The translations under genes were made by a program, and so were the position numbers. From Hydrolagus colliei (taxonomy: Eukaryota): 64,000 nt of DNA. The DNA lies in contig CM068750.1 of assembly GCA_035084275.1 (NCBI GenBank), positions 13,578,001-13,642,000 of the forward strand, given 5' to 3'. Below, one piece after another: positions 61,931-64,000 of the stretch. The notes under the pieces were generated by a model, which was not told where the DNA came from, did no database searches, and worked only from the letters and a program-made list of their open reading frames with translations. The number at the start of each line of letters is the position of its first letter. The first letter of the stretch is position 1.

Positions 61931-63810
61931 TGAATAACACCAGTATTCGGTGTATAGAATTCAAACAAACAGTGTTTATTCCCCATCCCACCATGTTTTA
62001 TAGGTGAAGCTGCATAAAAGAACCAAATGCAATTCCCTAAATGTGAGTCTGGCAGCGACATGTGCAGTTTCTCCAAACATATATCTGTAATTCAGATTAT
62101 TTGGTGGCTGATAGTTTTATGTTGTGTATTTTCTATTGGTTACTGTTGATCTTTTTTTGTTGTGTTCCATTCAAGCATTGTAACCGTCCATTTGCCATTT
62201 TACGTAAGAGAAAGATGATTTTTTTTCTCTCCTGCCTGATGTTTCGTTAGTTTATTTGCTGCCTTGTTGCAGATTGCACACATATCATTGAAGTGACATC
62301 AAGACATATTCACCAATTTAGTGCTATAAATGATAGTCCTATTCTCTGCATAAAGATTCCCGTGCGATACAACAGACATTGCAAGCTGTTATTTGCCTAG
62401 CAGGTTGGAGAGCGAGATGACAGCCAAGCAATTTACATATTGACTCACAATATGCTCATTAATTGCATGGAAGTGAAGTACTGTAGTTACACAGTAGCGG
62501 TGACACTCTGGGTAACTGGTTGCAACATTGCATTGAAATGTGAGATCCCTTATTCCCTTGTTTATCCTAGATTGTAAAATCATTGCCAAGAAGCACATGG
62601 TTGAATTTTAGGACAATATTATTTTCCTCCCTGTTACTCTGCTCTGTTTCAAGATGCCAACCATATGACATTCATCTCACCCAGTGAACAGCTGGACAGT
62701 GTAGATAATGCAAGACTAACTAACTTGCATATTTTTTGCAGCACCTGTAACCTAGAAATGACTCCAAGCTCATCAGTTATTATTGTCAGGTGTACAATAA
62801 AATGTGTACAATAACATTTATATGGCACCTTTTCCCTCAAACATTCTGAAGCATATTCACAGTGTGAATGGGCACATGAGCTAGGAAGGGGAAAGATGAT
62901 TGACGGCGCAGTCAGAGATATGTTTTGAGACGTGGCTTGAGAGAGGGAGGGATCAAATCCGTGGGAATGCAGGATGGAGGTCATCCTGTGGCAATGCTTA
63001 ACTCTGAAATAAACGTGACAGCGAAACACATAAAAGTGCAGTTATAAAGAAAGCTCAAATTTTGTGGCATTTCTAGCTTTCTTGACCTACTATTAATAAT
63101 CCACAAAATATACAGACAATTCTTTTAACTATTATATGTAAAGCACTTTGAGATGTCTCGATTCCATGATAAGGTGCTGTATTAAATGCAAGGATTATTG
63201 AAATAAAAATTTATGTTTGATTTGATATAATCTTTCCCATTGGGAAGCATTTCACAGTGACTATTTAATAGGGGAATATGGCAAATAGAGTGTAAGTGCA
63301 GTTTGAGCGCAAAACTCTTTGCCCGTTTCCATCGGTTTCACACAACAATTTGTTTAACCGCCTCAGTGAATATAGGCTTTGGTCTGTGTTCATTTAGCAT
63401 TATTCATTTAGCCAATTAATAAACCTTTGTTCCATTATAAAAAATAATGAGAATATGTTTTCGGACATGAATGCAGATGTAGAGGTGGGTGGGTGAGGGG
63501 GACAACATATTTGGATCGGTTGATTAATGAGGGAGTTTGAATTTGACCTCCACATTGATTAGATTTATAAATAGTTGAGTCTATAAATGGTGTATTCGCT
63601 TGGAAAATATTGCACAAAGCATGTTCAGTTATTTTGTTTCAAAATGCTGTTGGACAATTTCTGTAAGAAATTGCATCAATTTTCAGGAGTATTATCGTGT
63701 GAGAGAGGTGGGGCAATTGGGAGGAGGGTCTTAAGGGTTTTCTGAGCACACAATGTGAAGCCACTATGAGAGTGAGCATAAAACAAGGAGTAAACAAAAC
63801 ATGCATGTCC

Positions 63811-64000
63811 AAGTTAGCTCGTCAGATTCTAGCAGTTACCCAAACGCACATTCTGGGGTCCACAAGCCTTGGCACTTGCCAACCTGCATCTAATACTCCG
63901 CAGGGTTAGGTAAGCAGGATGCATTCCTCCAGGGAGAGAGTGCACATTCCATTCCAACAATCCATCTCTGGGATTTTCATGTGTAGGTAGGATGCATTGA
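63811..64000 (+). repeat. Unclassified dispersed repeat, copy 3
   Basis: ACAAGCCTTGGCACTTGCCAACCTGCATCTAATACTC...GGTAAGCAGGATGCATTCCTCCAGGGAGAGAGTGCACATTCCATTCCA. Confidence 0.65.

Noticed and set aside
62653-62789. Plus-strand open frame after a good polypyrimidine tract
   Set aside because: Weak donor (AG|GTGTAC) and an unrecognisable peptide.

Overview
Eukaryotic, AT-rich, repeat-dense DNA. The repeat landscape points to a cartilaginous fish (shark or chimaera; inference): L2 and CR1 LINE fragments, Deu-domain tRNA-SINEs with L2 tails, Tx1/L1 LINEs, hAT and Tigger-like MITEs, and Penelope-type short repeats. No host protein-coding gene, rRNA, true tRNA or CRISPR array could be recognised, so the window reads as a gene desert or part of a very large intron. 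All recognisable protein-like ORFs are retroelement-derived (L2 ORF2 on the - strand; Tx1/L1 ORF2 C-terminus on the + strand). Main observations: (1) a minimal type-I hammerhead ribozyme motif with an intact core in a Penelope-like repeat (15326-15364, - strand), plus a decayed second copy (61531-61567); (2) a young 5'-truncated Tx1/L1 insertion with an open ORF2 end, poly-A and a perfect 20-bp TSD (44125-45400); (3) a mosaic tRNA + CORE-like + Deu-3' + L2-tail SINE family; (4) three hAT MITEs, each nested in a Deu-SINE; (5) an unclassified dispersed repeat present three times. Boundaries of old repeats are estimated by eye.
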